A stretch of 64,000 nucleotides of DNA from Bacilli bacterium (GTDB lineage Bacteria > Bacillota_I > Bacilli_A > RFN20 > CAG-826). Below, piece after piece: positions 10,812 to 21,535 of this stretch. Location of the stretch: NCBI GenBank assembly GCA_024408655.1, contig JAKSUV010000002.1, forward strand, positions 98,159 through 162,158, in the 5' to 3' direction. Every line of letters begins with the position of its first letter. Within the stretch, counting starts at the first letter, position 1. The notes beneath the pieces were generated by a model. That model saw only the letters and a program-made list of their open reading frames with translations. It ran no database searches and was not told the origin of the DNA. Both the position numbers and the translations under genes were made by a program.

Positions 10812-12281
10812 ATGGCAAAACAAGAATTCTGGTTTATTGTTGGTAGTCAACATTTATACGGCGAAGCGGTTTTAAAAACCGTCGAAAAGCGCGCCCAAGA
10901 AATGGCAAAGATCATTAATACTTATCCTGAGCTTCCCGCTCACTTCGTGTTTAAAACCGTTGTGAAAACTAGCGATGACGCAACCAAAATTATTAAAGAA
11001 GCTAACTACGATGATAATTGTTTAGGGATTGTTACTTGGTGTCATACTTTTTCTCCAAGTAAAATGTGGATTAATGGCCTTAAACTTTTACAAAAACCTT
11101 GGTGTCATTTAGCCACTCAATATAACCAAGAAATTCCTAATCAAGAAATTGATATGGATTTTATGAATTTAAACCAAGCCGCGCATGGTGACCGTGAACA
11201 TGGTTTTATTGGCGCACGCTTAAGAATTAATCACAAAGTGATTATGGGTTATTGGAAAGATAAAAATGTTCTTCATGAATTAAGTCATTGGATGCGCAGT
11301 GCGATTGGTTATCACGAATCGAGTCAACTGCGCGTGATGCGCTTTGGCGATAATATGCGTAATGTCGCGGTGACTGAAGGCGATAAAGTGGAAGCCCAAA
11401 TTAAGTTAGGTTGGGAAGTGAACACTTGGGCGGTTGGTGACTTAGTAAAAGAGATGAAGAAGGTCAAGAAAAACGAAATTGACGCTTTAATGAAAATCTA
11501 TCAACATAACTACGATATTAAAACGAAGCATCTTGATTTAGTCCGCTACCAAGCGCTCGAAGAGATCGCGATGAAAAAGATGCTTGAACGTGAACATTGT
11601 TTAGCCTTCACGAATACCTTTGAAGATTTATATGGTATGGAACAATTACCGGGCTTAGCTACTCAACATTTAATGAGCTTAGGTTATGGCTATGGTGGCG
11701 AAGGCGATTGGAAAGTAAGCGCGATGACCCACATTATTAAAAAGATGACAGAAGGGATGGGCGGTGGCACTTCCTTTATGGAAGACTACACTTATAACTT
11801 AGTAAAAGGTAAAGAATATTCACTTGGCGCTCACATGTTAGAAGTGTGCCCCAGTTTAGCGAGTCAAAAACCACGCATTGAGACTCATCACCTTGGCATT
11901 GGCATGAACCAAAAAGATCCAGCGCGTTTAGTTTTCGCGGGTAAACCTGGTAAGGCCACTGTCACAAGTCTTATTGATATGGGCGGACGGTTACGGATGA
12001 TTGTCCAAGATATTGAAGTCGTGAAATCGCCTTATTCAATGCCTAATCTTCCAACCGCGCGCGTTTTATGGAAAGCGTATCCAAGCTTACAAGAAGGCGC
12101 TAAACTTTGGATTATGGCCGGTGGCGCTCACCACACCGTATTAAGTATGGATGCAACACCCACAATGTTAAAAGATTTAGCTTCGATGTGGGGAATTGAA
12201 TTTGTCCATATTAGTAAAGACACCACCGCTAGCCAATTAAAAGCCGAGCTTGATTTATACGATTTAGCGTGGAGACGATAA
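10812..12281 (+). CDS. araA: L-arabinose isomerase
   Basis: 489 aa with the strong AraA signature (MAKQEFWFIVGSQHLYG...). SD GAGGT 7 nt upstream. Confidence 0.92.
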   Translation: MAKQEFWFIVGSQHLYGEAVLKTVEKRAQEMAKIINTYPELPAHFVFKTVVKTSDDATKIIKEANYDDNCLGIVTWCHTFSPSKMWINGLKLLQKPWCHLATQYNQEIPNQEIDMDFMNLNQAAHGDREHGFIGARLRINHKVIMGYWKDKNVLHELSHWMRSAIGYHESSQLRVMRFGDNMRNVAVTEGDKVEAQIKLGWEVNTWAVGDLVKEMKKVKKNEIDALMKIYQHNYDIKTKHLDLVRYQALEEIAMKKMLEREHCLAFTNTFEDLYGMEQLPGLATQHLMSLGYGYGGEGDWKVSAMTHIIKKMTEGMGGGTSFMEDYTYNLVKGKEYSLGAHMLEVCPSLASQKPRIETHHLGIGMNQKDPARLVFAGKPGKATVTSLIDMGGRLRMIVQDIEVVKSPYSMPNLPTARVLWKAYPSLQEGAKLWIMAGGAHHTVLSMDATPTMLKDLASMWGIEFVHISKDTTASQLKAELDLYDLAWRR

Positions 12282-13825
12282 TGAAATACTCACTTGGTCT
12301 CGAACTTGGTAGCACCCGGATCAAAGCCGTTTTAATTGATGAGCCGGCACGTGTAATTGCTAATGGCGAATACGCGTGGGAGAATCAATTTAAAAATGGA
12401 TACTGGACCTATGATTTACTTGATGCTGAAAAAGGCGTTAAGACCTGCATTAAAAACCTCGTAAAAAATTATCAAAAAGTCACGAAGAAAGCTTTTCCAA
12501 CCATCGCTTCAATGGGCGTGAGCGCGATGATGCATGGCTATCTCGCGTTTGATAAAAATGATCATTTATTAGTGCCTTTCCGCACTTGGCGGAACACTAC
12601 GACAAGCAAAGCGAGCGAAGCGTTAACGAAACTTTTTAATTTTAATATTCCTCAACGTTGGAGTATTGCGCATTTATACCAAGCAATTTTAAATCACGAA
12701 AAACATATTAACCAAATTGCCTATATCACGACCCTCGCTGGTTATATCCACTACCGCCTCACGGGCGAACATAGTGTGGGTATTGGTGATGCGAGCGGCA
12801 TCTTCCCAATTGATAGCAAGATTAATGATTATAACCAAACGATGGTAAAAAAATTTAATCACCTTATTAAAGGTAAAGTTAAATGGCAATTACTTGATGT
12901 CTTACCAAAGGTAAAAGTGGCGGGCGAAAAAGCGGGTTATATTAGTAAAGCTGGCTTAAAATATCTTGGTTTAACAAATCAAAAAAATATTCTCATGTGC
13001 CCCGCGGAAGGTGATGCGGGAACTGGCATGGTTGCCACTAATAGTGTTCGTTTAGGTACTGGTAATGTGAGTGCGGGCACAAGCGACTTCGCCATGATTG
13101 TTACTAATAAAAAACTAGGTGTTCACCCGGAAATCGATATGGTCACAACGCCCAGTGGTTTACCCGTCGCGATGGTCCATTGTAATAACTGCACAAGTGA
13201 TATTAACGCGTGGGTTAATCTTTTTAGCGAAGTCTTAAAACTTAATAACAAAAACGTTCCTACTAGCGAACTATTTACTAAATTATTTAATCTCTCGCTT
13301 AAGGGCGAAAAAGACGCTGGTGAATTAACTAGCTTTAATTATTTTTCCGGTGAAGGCGTAACAAATCTTAACGCTGGTAAGCCTTTACTTATCCGGGAAG
13401 TAAATGCGCGTTTTACGCTCGCGAACTTTATGAAGATGAACATTATGTCGAGCCTCGCTACTTTAAAGCTTGGACTTGATATTTTAACGAAAAATGAGCA
13501 CGTCACGATTAAACAAATCTATGGTCACGGCGGTTTATTTAAAACACCCAAGGTTGGCCAATTAATGTTAAGCGCCGCCATTAATGCACCCGTAAGCGTG
13601 TTTACAACTAGTGGCGAAGGCGGTCCCTATGGTATGGCCATCTTAGCTAGTTATTTAATTAATCATCGCCCACACGAAAGTTTAGAGAATTATTTAGCGG
13701 ATCATATTTTTAAAGGTAGTAAAGTTACCACTTTAAAAGCGACAGCCGCGGATGTTAAAGGTTTTAATCAATACATTAAACGTTATCAAAAATATTTAGC
13801 GGTTGAAAAAGAGGCCATTAAATAA
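12281..13825 (+). CDS. araB: ribulokinase (FGGY carbohydrate kinase)
   Basis: FGGY-family N-terminus (LGLELGSTRIKAV). ATG at 12281 overlaps the araA TAA and has a GGAGA SD; the GTG at 12269 is an alternative start. Confidence 0.85.
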   Translation: MKYSLGLELGSTRIKAVLIDEPARVIANGEYAWENQFKNGYWTYDLLDAEKGVKTCIKNLVKNYQKVTKKAFPTIASMGVSAMMHGYLAFDKNDHLLVPFRTWRNTTTSKASEALTKLFNFNIPQRWSIAHLYQAILNHEKHINQIAYITTLAGYIHYRLTGEHSVGIGDASGIFPIDSKINDYNQTMVKKFNHLIKGKVKWQLLDVLPKVKVAGEKAGYISKAGLKYLGLTNQKNILMCPAEGDAGTGMVATNSVRLGTGNVSAGTSDFAMIVTNKKLGVHPEIDMVTTPSGLPVAMVHCNNCTSDINAWVNLFSEVLKLNNKNVPTSELFTKLFNLSLKGEKDAGELTSFNYFSGEGVTNLNAGKPLLIREVNARFTLANFMKMNIMSSLATLKLGLDILTKNEHVTIKQIYGHGGLFKTPKVGQLMLSAAINAPVSVFTTSGEGGPYGMAILASYLINHRPHESLENYLADHIFKGSKVTTLKATAADVKGFNQYIKRYQKYLAVEKEAIK

Positions 13826-13835
13826 GGAGAAAATT

Positions 13836-14531
13836 ATGGATTTAAAGAAACTCAAAGAAATCGTTTATCAAGAGAACCTTAATCTTGTTAAGCACGACTT
13901 AGTCGTATTAACTTGGGGCAATGTCAGTGCGGTGGATCGCGCCAAAGGCGTAATGGTAATTAAGCCCTCTGGTGTTAGTTACGAAAAAATGAAAGCGACT
14001 GACATGGTCGTTGTTTCTTTAAAGACTGGTAAAACTATTAATAGTCATTACCGTCCAAGTAGCGACACCCCTACTCATCTTGAACTTTATCGTAAGTTCC
14101 CGCATATCGGTGGAATCGTTCACACTCATTCACCATTCGCTACTGCGTTTGCGCAAGCGGGTTTAGACATCGTGCCTCTTGGTACAACACACGCTGACAC
14201 CTTTTATGGTGCCATTCCTTGCATCAAAAAACTTAGTAAACAAGCGATTCAAAAAGATTACGAATTAAACACGGGTAAAGCCATCGTTAACGCTTTTAAG
14301 AAACTAGATTATGAAGCGATGCCCGCTGCCCTTTTACAATCGCATGGTCCGTTTGCCTGGGGTCAAGATGCTCACGAAGCCGTGAAAAATGCCGTGACGC
14401 TTGAAGCTGTGGCCAAGATGGCGTTTATTACTTTAAGACTCAATCCGAAAACACCAAAAATTGATCAATATTTAAGTGATAAGCACTACCAACGTAAGCA
14501 TGGAAAAAATGCTTACTACGGGCAAAAGTAA
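13836..14531 (+). CDS. araD: L-ribulose-5-phosphate 4-epimerase
   Basis: Class II aldolase/adducin fold (HTHSPFATAFAQ). AAGGAG SD precedes the ATG at 13836. Confidence 0.88.
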   Translation: MDLKKLKEIVYQENLNLVKHDLVVLTWGNVSAVDRAKGVMVIKPSGVSYEKMKATDMVVVSLKTGKTINSHYRPSSDTPTHLELYRKFPHIGGIVHTHSPFATAFAQAGLDIVPLGTTHADTFYGAIPCIKKLSKQAIQKDYELNTGKAIVNAFKKLDYEAMPAALLQSHGPFAWGQDAHEAVKNAVTLEAVAKMAFITLRLNPKTPKIDQYLSDKHYQRKHGKNAYYGQK

Positions 14532-14536
14532 TTAAT

Positions 14537-15295
14537 TTATTCTAAAAGATACTTTTTATTTTCTTGGTCAATTTTAACTAACATCTTATTCGTTTCTTTT
14601 TGAATCATCGGCATCACTTCGGTTGTCTTTTTACTCAGTAAATCTTTGTTTTTAATGGGCGGGAAGAAATGGAAAACAATCGGTTTTTTCTTATGATTAA
14701 CCGGTGCGTCAAAAATCGTTTCGGTGCCTAGATGCGCTGCGTAAATAACATCAACATTTGCCCAATACGCTAATTTTAATGAGCCGTCTTTATACGGCAA
14801 AGTCGCACATTGTTCATGTTGTTTCATTCTCGTTCCCTCTGGGAAAATGAAATAAGCAAGATCGCCTTTCTTTAATCGCTCGGCGATTTCTTTAAATAAA
14901 CGAATTTGACCTAAAAGGTCTTCGCGGTCAATAAAACGACCGTCAATACTTTTAAAAACGCGGCCAACAAACGGAATCTTCGCTACCTCTTTTTTGGCAA
15001 TAAAACTCACGGGGAAATTACTGATATACGCTAAGAAAAATGGATCAAGATAATAACGGTGATTGGCAACGCCTAAAAACGGATGGTCATATTGCTTAAG
15101 ATATTCACCATTTTGGACAAATAGATTAGGACTCGCAATTTTCATCGCGTAGTTCGCCAGTTTTTTAAAACGCGCATATCGTTTCGCAAACGGATATTTT
15201 TCCGGATGACGCGAGTAACGTAAAATCCAAGCAAAATAACAATAAATGAGATAAGGACCAAGCCGTGTATAACTTATGAGTGAACGGATTTTCAT
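14537..15295 (-). CDS. 1-acyl-sn-glycerol-3-phosphate acyltransferase (PlsC-like)
   Basis: NHRYYLDP (HX4D) and FPEGTR blocks. Confidence 0.8.
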   Translation of the reverse strand: MKIRSLISYTRLGPYLIYCYFAWILRYSRHPEKYPFAKRYARFKKLANYAMKIASPNLFVQNGEYLKQYDHPFLGVANHRYYLDPFFLAYISNFPVSFIAKKEVAKIPFVGRVFKSIDGRFIDREDLLGQIRLFKEIAERLKKGDLAYFIFPEGTRMKQHEQCATLPYKDGSLKLAYWANVDVIYAAHLGTETIFDAPVNHKKKPIVFHFFPPIKNKDLLSKKTTEVMPMIQKETNKMLVKIDQENKKYLLE

Positions 15296-17361
15296 ACTTT
15301 ATTTCCCTTTTCGACAAGAATACTCATCGGTGGAACAATCGTAATTTTATTGTCCTCCTTATATTCTAAACGAAGTAAACTGGGATTAATAAAAATCTTC
15401 GCGAGGTAATAATCCCGTTCGCGATAAAAATAAGTTTTTGCGGTTAATAAAATACCGCCGTTATCAACATCATAAATACTGACATTGTTATTAATCGCTT
15501 TATTGTTATTACTATGATAAATTTGTAAATTCTTGCGGATCGCCACATTGAATTTAAAGGTATCCAGTATCCCCGCCCGCTCTTTTAATAAAGCGTAATT
15601 AAACATATTGACTTTATCACCCGAACGATAGGAATTGCCATCGCCGCCTTTTGATAAACCAATTTCTTGTCCGGCGTGGAAGAAAGGAATGCCAAAGGAG
15701 AAAAGCACTAGGCTATTTACAAACGAAACGCGTTGTAATTTATCAGTCGGCGTATCATTCGGCCGTAAGATTTGAATCTTATCAAATAAAGTATTGTTAT
15801 CGTGACATTCAACATAGTTGACCGTCCGATCAACGCTATTAAAGCGTGACCCGTGGCCAAGTAAATTAAAGGTGGAACCAGTGCCAACTTCTTTAAACGC
15901 CTGACGGTACACTACGTTATCTAAGCCAAATCCCACTTCTTTGTTATGAAGATTGCCAATCACCGTATCGCGGTACCAATCATTAAAGAAGGCGATGTTC
16001 GGCATTTTTAAATAATTATCCGAATTAGCTAAGGTCAAATTATCACCGCTAATCATATTCCAACCTTCGCCATAAAGAATGATATTAGGATTAATGCGTT
16101 TTAATTCTTCACGTAATTTATTAATCGTCTCCGCATCAATTAAGCCCATCAAGTCAAAACGGAAACCATCAATGTGATAATAACTCGCCCACCATTTACA
16201 CGCGTCGATAATCATCTTACGCACCATTAAGCGTTCCGTGGCTAAATCGTTACCACACCCGCTCGCGTTAAAGAAATTACCATCTTTAAGGCGCCGGAAA
16301 TAATAATTCGGTACGACGGCCTCAAAGGGAGAATAAAGGTGTTCATAAACGTGATTAAACACCACATCCATCACCACCCGAATACCGCGGTTATGAACTT
16401 TGCTTATTAACGTTAACAAATCTTCAATTCGACTCGCGGGATCATTAGGCTTAGAAGCGTAACTACCTTCCGGGACAAAATATTGAATCGGGTCATAGCC
16501 CCAGTTATAGGTTTCTTGGGGATGCGCTTCGTCGGTGGTAGCAAAATCATAGATGGGTAAAAGTTGTAAATGCGTAATGCCTAACGAGGCAATATAATCT
16601 AGACCCACAGCGAGGCCATCTTTATTAACGCGCTTCTCTTCCGCTAAACCAAGAAACTTTCCTTTGTTTTTAATGTTAGTGGATGGATCAACGGTTAGAT
16701 CACGCACACTACCTTCGTAGATAATCGCGTCAAGATAAGAATTCATTTTGGTTAATTTCTTATCGTTCATATTCCGCTCATAAGCGTTTAAATCCAAAAT
16801 CACACTGGCCCCAGAATTAATCGTCGACGCTTTTGCGTAGGGGTCAATCGTTTTAGTGGTAACACCACTATTAGTTACATAATAAACGTAAGTGTGACCT
16901 TTTAAATTTTTATTAAGGGTTAAACGATAGACGCCGTGCTTATCGCGCTTTAGTGGATAATAATCTTTTTCATCCAAAGCTAAGATAACTGAACTTGCTA
17001 AAGGTGCCCAAAGGGCAAACTTACATGAACGGTGCGAATAAGTTACGCCTAAATCATCACCGTTATAATAAAAACGGGTGTCAAAATCGGGTAATAAAGC
17101 AAGGGGATTAACGTTTAAAACACAAGTGCCGATATTGGTAACGGCAATATGATATTCAAAACCGAGTTCTAATTCGTAATTAAGTTTAAATTCATAGATA
17201 TGAATCGTTTCTTTCTTATCGACACTCGTTGGATCAATTCGGTGCCGGTGATTAACATCCGTCACTAAAATAAAAATGTAATTCGCGTTTTTATGGGGAT
17301 TAGTTACCGTCACACGAATATTATCGAAACTAGTTAGTTCAGCCGTTACAATCGGATTCAT
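15292..17361 (-). CDS. type I pullulanase / GH13 debranching enzyme, no signal peptide
   Basis: 689 aa. GH13 regions GFRFDLMG and YGEGW, plus an N-terminal CBM41/48-like beta domain. Confidence 0.85.
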   Translation of the reverse strand: MNPIVTAELTSFDNIRVTVTNPHKNANYIFILVTDVNHRHRIDPTSVDKKETIHIYEFKLNYELELGFEYHIAVTNIGTCVLNVNPLALLPDFDTRFYYNGDDLGVTYSHRSCKFALWAPLASSVILALDEKDYYPLKRDKHGVYRLTLNKNLKGHTYVYYVTNSGVTTKTIDPYAKASTINSGASVILDLNAYERNMNDKKLTKMNSYLDAIIYEGSVRDLTVDPSTNIKNKGKFLGLAEEKRVNKDGLAVGLDYIASLGITHLQLLPIYDFATTDEAHPQETYNWGYDPIQYFVPEGSYASKPNDPASRIEDLLTLISKVHNRGIRVVMDVVFNHVYEHLYSPFEAVVPNYYFRRLKDGNFFNASGCGNDLATERLMVRKMIIDACKWWASYYHIDGFRFDLMGLIDAETINKLREELKRINPNIILYGEGWNMISGDNLTLANSDNYLKMPNIAFFNDWYRDTVIGNLHNKEVGFGLDNVVYRQAFKEVGTGSTFNLLGHGSRFNSVDRTVNYVECHDNNTLFDKIQILRPNDTPTDKLQRVSFVNSLVLFSFGIPFFHAGQEIGLSKGGDGNSYRSGDKVNMFNYALLKERAGILDTFKFNVAIRKNLQIYHSNNNKAINNNVSIYDVDNGGILLTAKTYFYRERDYYLAKIFINPSLLRLEYKEDNKITIVPPMSILVEKGNKV

Positions 17362-17368
17362 AAGTCAA

Positions 17369-19747
17369 TTATTCTCCTGGATTAGGTTTAGTACTGGTGA
17401 CTTCGACGCTACCCGCGGTAGTTGTGGTTTCTTTGATATTAAATTTTTCTTTTAAGACTTTGCTACCTTTACTTGCTTCGCTATCGCGCGACACTAGGCC
17501 TTCGTCTTGTAAACGTTTAAACATCCGACCGGCCCGGGTAAAGCCAATACCGTTCTCGCGTTCAATCGTGGAAATCGAGGTATATTCGCGTTTATAAACT
17601 TGCTCTTTGATATATTGGTAAAGTTGTTCGTCACTCTGCGCTCGCGCTTCGGCCGCCGTAATTTTAGGGGTCGCATCGGGTGCTTCAATTTGGTGATCTT
17701 CTAAATCCATGAAGCGCACATCGTATTGTGGCTTGCGTTGATTATTAATAAATTTAACCACTTTGGCAATTTCTTCATCGCTAATAAAACAACCTTGGCA
17801 ACGGAAATTCCCGCTACTTTGAATTTGGGGACAACTCACTAACATATCGCCATTACCAAGTAAGCCTTCTGCGCCTTGTCCGCCTAAAATCGTTTTTGAG
17901 GATTCTTGATCAGGTACGCGCAAGGCAACGCGCACAGGAAGATTAGCCTTAATCGTACCAGTAATCACATCGACACTCGGCCGTTGCGTCGCAATAATTA
18001 AATGGATACCCGCTGCCCGGGCTTTCGCGGCAATGCGATTAATATCAACATCAATTTTCTTATTCGCGCTAATTAAATCCGCAAACTCATCGACCACGAC
18101 CACAATATAAGGTAAGATGGCTTTGCCATTAGCCTTCATCATCGCGTTATAGGGTTTAATTTGGTTGACCATCACCTGGGCAAATAAATCGTAACGCCGG
18201 TCCATTTCTTCACACAATTTTTGTAAGGCAACCTGAGCTTTCTTCGGCTCGGTAATGGTTGGACAAAGGAGGAATGGCAAATCGTGATACTTAACAAATT
18301 CAACACGTTTAGGATCAATTAATAAAAGACGAAGTTCTTCTGGGGTGTTACGCATAATAAAACTCATAATAATGGAATGGACTAGCACTGATTTTCCTGA
18401 TCCCGTCGCGCCCGCAATGAGCATATGGGGGAAGGAAGCGAGGTCAGCGGTTTTAATTTCGCCGGAAATATTTTTTCCAAACGGAATAGCTAAAGGCGAT
18501 TTACTCGCGGGTGGGAGAACGCTCACAATTTCTTTAAAGCTAATCGTCGTACTTTCGGCATTAGGTACTTCTAGGCCGCTCGTCATTTTACCAGTCACAA
18601 TCGGCTCAAAGCGCGTGGTAACACCACCAAGACGTTGAGAAATATCTAGCACAAATTGTGGGATGGAACGAATGGAAGCATTCACATCCATTTGAATATC
18701 GTAACGAGTGACGCGAGGGCCAATCGTATGGCTAATCGCTTTCGCCCCGATTTTTAAATCTTGGAAAGTGCGATTAATAATTTCCGTGTTAATTTTGGAT
18801 TGCTCTTCGTTTTTGGCAATAACATCCGCCACTTCGTAAGTGGCTAATAAATCATAAGAAGGCTTCTCGTATGGCGCTAATGGTGCCGCCACCGCGGTCT
18901 CTTCTTCGCTTAGCATCGCGGGTTTGGCACCCTCTTCAAAATTTTCGGGCGCTTCTTCTGGCGGTAATTCATCGCTGCTATAAAGATTAGCGAGTTTTAA
19001 ATCCGTTTTACTTTCATCGTTAAGATAACGATCGGCGTCAATTGGTTCATCCGAGGTAGTAATATCTGGCACGGCGCCTTCACTTGGTTCCAAAGTTTTT
19101 TCTTGCGCGGCCATCGCTTTTTTATTTTGTCGCTTTAATTTAATCGCGCTAAATAATTTATTAAAGCCAATCTTAAGTGGCTTATGGAACAAGATAATTA
19201 GTGCGGTAACAAGAATAACAAAGCCGCTAATGATGGTCCCGATTTCGCTAATAATTGTGTTTAGTAATCCCGTAAAGACATAACCAATCACACCACCACC
19301 TAAACAAGTTGATAAAGCGTTATAGTGAATATAGTTAGTGCCTTTAAAAACCACCATCGCTTTCCACCAGGAACGGGCGTAATATTCAAAAATCGTACTC
19401 GCACTTAAAGTGATTTTTGGATCAGCGAAATCTGGTAAATTCGGATAATAGACAAATACCGTCGTGATGAGTAATAAAGCAAAAACTAAAATCGCTAGAG
19501 CAATTAGATAAATATTATGTTTAAGGTTCAGGGGTTTGTTACGTTTAATAATTAAATAAACACCCGCAGCAATAAATAACGGATTAATAAACCAATAACC
19601 AACCCCACCAAATAAAGAAACGATAACAATAGCGAGTGATTGAGCGATATAGCCAACGTTAATTAAACTAATAAGACCAAATAAAATTAGCGCAACGCCA
19701 ACAAAGAATTTGATAGTCGATAATTTAATTTCGCGGTTATTATTCAT
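17369..19747 (-). CDS. ftsK: DNA translocase FtsK/SpoIIIE
   Basis: 792 aa. N-terminal TMs, acidic linker, Walker A GATGSGKS motor domain, C-terminal gamma wHTH. Confidence 0.9.
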   Translation of the reverse strand: MNNNREIKLSTIKFFVGVALILFGLISLINVGYIAQSLAIVIVSLFGGVGYWFINPLFIAAGVYLIIKRNKPLNLKHNIYLIALAILVFALLLITTVFVYYPNLPDFADPKITLSASTIFEYYARSWWKAMVVFKGTNYIHYNALSTCLGGGVIGYVFTGLLNTIISEIGTIISGFVILVTALIILFHKPLKIGFNKLFSAIKLKRQNKKAMAAQEKTLEPSEGAVPDITTSDEPIDADRYLNDESKTDLKLANLYSSDELPPEEAPENFEEGAKPAMLSEEETAVAAPLAPYEKPSYDLLATYEVADVIAKNEEQSKINTEIINRTFQDLKIGAKAISHTIGPRVTRYDIQMDVNASIRSIPQFVLDISQRLGGVTTRFEPIVTGKMTSGLEVPNAESTTISFKEIVSVLPPASKSPLAIPFGKNISGEIKTADLASFPHMLIAGATGSGKSVLVHSIIMSFIMRNTPEELRLLLIDPKRVEFVKYHDLPFLLCPTITEPKKAQVALQKLCEEMDRRYDLFAQVMVNQIKPYNAMMKANGKAILPYIVVVVDEFADLISANKKIDVDINRIAAKARAAGIHLIIATQRPSVDVITGTIKANLPVRVALRVPDQESSKTILGGQGAEGLLGNGDMLVSCPQIQSSGNFRCQGCFISDEEIAKVVKFINNQRKPQYDVRFMDLEDHQIEAPDATPKITAAEARAQSDEQLYQYIKEQVYKREYTSISTIERENGIGFTRAGRMFKRLQDEGLVSRDSEASKGSKVLKEKFNIKETTTTAGSVEVTSTKPNPGE

Positions 19748-19750
19748 ATT

Positions 19751-21427
19751 TTAGGCCACATTAGTAATAATCGGCATAACTAATGGTTCTTTACCAATCT
19801 CCCTTTTTAATAATTTATTGAGACGCTCCGTGATGGTAGATTCGGCTGTGTATTTATTGAAATTACCAAGTAAAAGTTCATTTAAAATCGTTGTGAGCTC
19901 TGCACTAACAACCCGCGAAACGGTTTTCGGATCTTTTAAACACGTAACACCAAATAAATCAACCACCGGTTGACTAACCATTTTGTGTTGCGCGGTATTA
20001 ATCGCAACTGAAACAACCACTACACCATCTTCGCCTAGTTTTAAGCGTTCGCTTAAGACCGCGTTAGAGGAACTCGTTTGGCTCATCCCATCAATTAAAA
20101 TTGTTCCAGTGGTGACGCTTTGACTACCGGGCAATAGCCGTGCGGCTTCCCCATTAATATCAAGCACTAAGCCATTCTCTAAAACAAAGATGTTATTGTG
20201 CGACAAATTTACTCCCATATTAAAAGCGTTCATCGCATTAGCAATCATTAGTCGGTAACTGCCTTTAATGGGCACATAATATTTCGGGCGGAAAAGCGAA
20301 ATCATGCTCTTCAAGTCTTCTTCACTTGGATGCATACTTAAATACGCTTTCTTAGAAATACTAATGACATTAATGCCCGTCCGGAATAAATTATCAAGCG
20401 TTTGCGCACTTAGAACTTCAAAATGCGAACTAGGTGGTGCCGCCACGATAAAAGTATCGGTTGGTTTAAATTGAATACGCGTCGCGCTATGACCTTTCGC
20501 AAATTTATTCATCTTGCGGTAAAGCGCCCCACCAAAACCCATCATGACGACTAAAATATCCGTGTCTTTCACGCGGTTAATATCTTCGTAATCAAGGAAA
20601 TTGTTTCTTGGAATAGCGCATTCTTCGACAATCTTAAGACGATCAAATAAATAAAGTGTTTCTTTATCATACGCACAAATTTTTCGGTTATAGCTAACGG
20701 CGAGTTTAATAATTTCGGCGAGCGCAAAAGCGTTCGTCGAAAATAAGGAAATAAAGATCCGACCTTTCGCTTCGTTTTCAAAAATGTTTTGGATATGAGG
20801 CGTTAGTCGATGATTAGGTGTCGTGTAACCAGCCCGTGTCGCAAAGGTGGATTCACTCATTAACACTAAAGTTTGTTTCTCAGCAATCCGTCCAACCGCG
20901 TTTGAATCATAACTAAAATTCTTAAAGCTATTGTTTTCAACAATAAAGTCGCCGGTATAAACGATATTGCCACCACTAGTTTCAATGGCGACGCCAAAAC
21001 TCCGTGGCATGTTGTGGCAAGTTGCAAAGAAATGAACCGTCCGACCGCCAATCTTTTCAACACCGGTTGGATTCACAATATGGAAATCTAGGTTGATTTT
21101 GCTATTGACGTGATTCATGAACGATTCAATGAAAATACGCGTGACATCAGTGCAATAAATCGGTGCAGGACAATCTTTTGCTAAGTAAGGTAAGGCACCA
21201 AGTTGATCATCATGACCATGCGTAATGATATAAGCCTTAATTTGGTTTTTGTGTTCTTTTAGATAGGCATAGTCCGCCATGATGTAATCGATCCCGGGGG
21301 TTGATTTATCAGGATATTTAACACCCGCGTCTAAAACAAAAATATCATCATCGATTTGTACTACGGTTAAGTTTTTGCCGTCTTCATCTAATCCGCCAAG
21401 CGCAAAGATATGAACGTGTTCAGTCAT
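19751..21427 (-). CDS. rnj: ribonuclease J
   Basis: 558 aa. Metallo-beta-lactamase HGHDDQ plus beta-CASP and a C-terminal domain. Confidence 0.9.
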   Translation of the reverse strand: MTEHVHIFALGGLDEDGKNLTVVQIDDDIFVLDAGVKYPDKSTPGIDYIMADYAYLKEHKNQIKAYIITHGHDDQLGALPYLAKDCPAPIYCTDVTRIFIESFMNHVNSKINLDFHIVNPTGVEKIGGRTVHFFATCHNMPRSFGVAIETSGGNIVYTGDFIVENNSFKNFSYDSNAVGRIAEKQTLVLMSESTFATRAGYTTPNHRLTPHIQNIFENEAKGRIFISLFSTNAFALAEIIKLAVSYNRKICAYDKETLYLFDRLKIVEECAIPRNNFLDYEDINRVKDTDILVVMMGFGGALYRKMNKFAKGHSATRIQFKPTDTFIVAAPPSSHFEVLSAQTLDNLFRTGINVISISKKAYLSMHPSEEDLKSMISLFRPKYYVPIKGSYRLMIANAMNAFNMGVNLSHNNIFVLENGLVLDINGEAARLLPGSQSVTTGTILIDGMSQTSSSNAVLSERLKLGEDGVVVVSVAINTAQHKMVSQPVVDLFGVTCLKDPKTVSRVVSAELTTILNELLLGNFNKYTAESTITERLNKLLKREIGKEPLVMPIITNVA

Positions 21428-21439
21428 AGAAAAACTCTC

Positions 21440-21470
21440 ACTTTTTAATTATTTAATTAAATTATACCCA
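21440..21470 (-). promoter_or_regulatory. putative promoter for rnj (extended -10 TGGGTATAAT)
   Basis: On the minus strand TTTTTTGGGTATAAT lies ~35 nt upstream of the rnj ATG. The -35 is weak. Confidence 0.4.
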
Positions 21471-21500
21471 AAAAGGTCATAAATATAAAGATTTTTAATC

Positions 21501-21532
21501 AAAAAAAGATGGGTGTACCATCTTCGTTTTTT
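21501..21532. terminator. bidirectional rho-independent terminator (A7-hairpin-T6)
   Basis: AAAAAAAGATGGgtgtaCCATCTtcgTTTTTT. On the minus strand it follows tRNA-fMet and separates it from rnj. Confidence 0.6.
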
Positions 21533-21535
21533 AAG

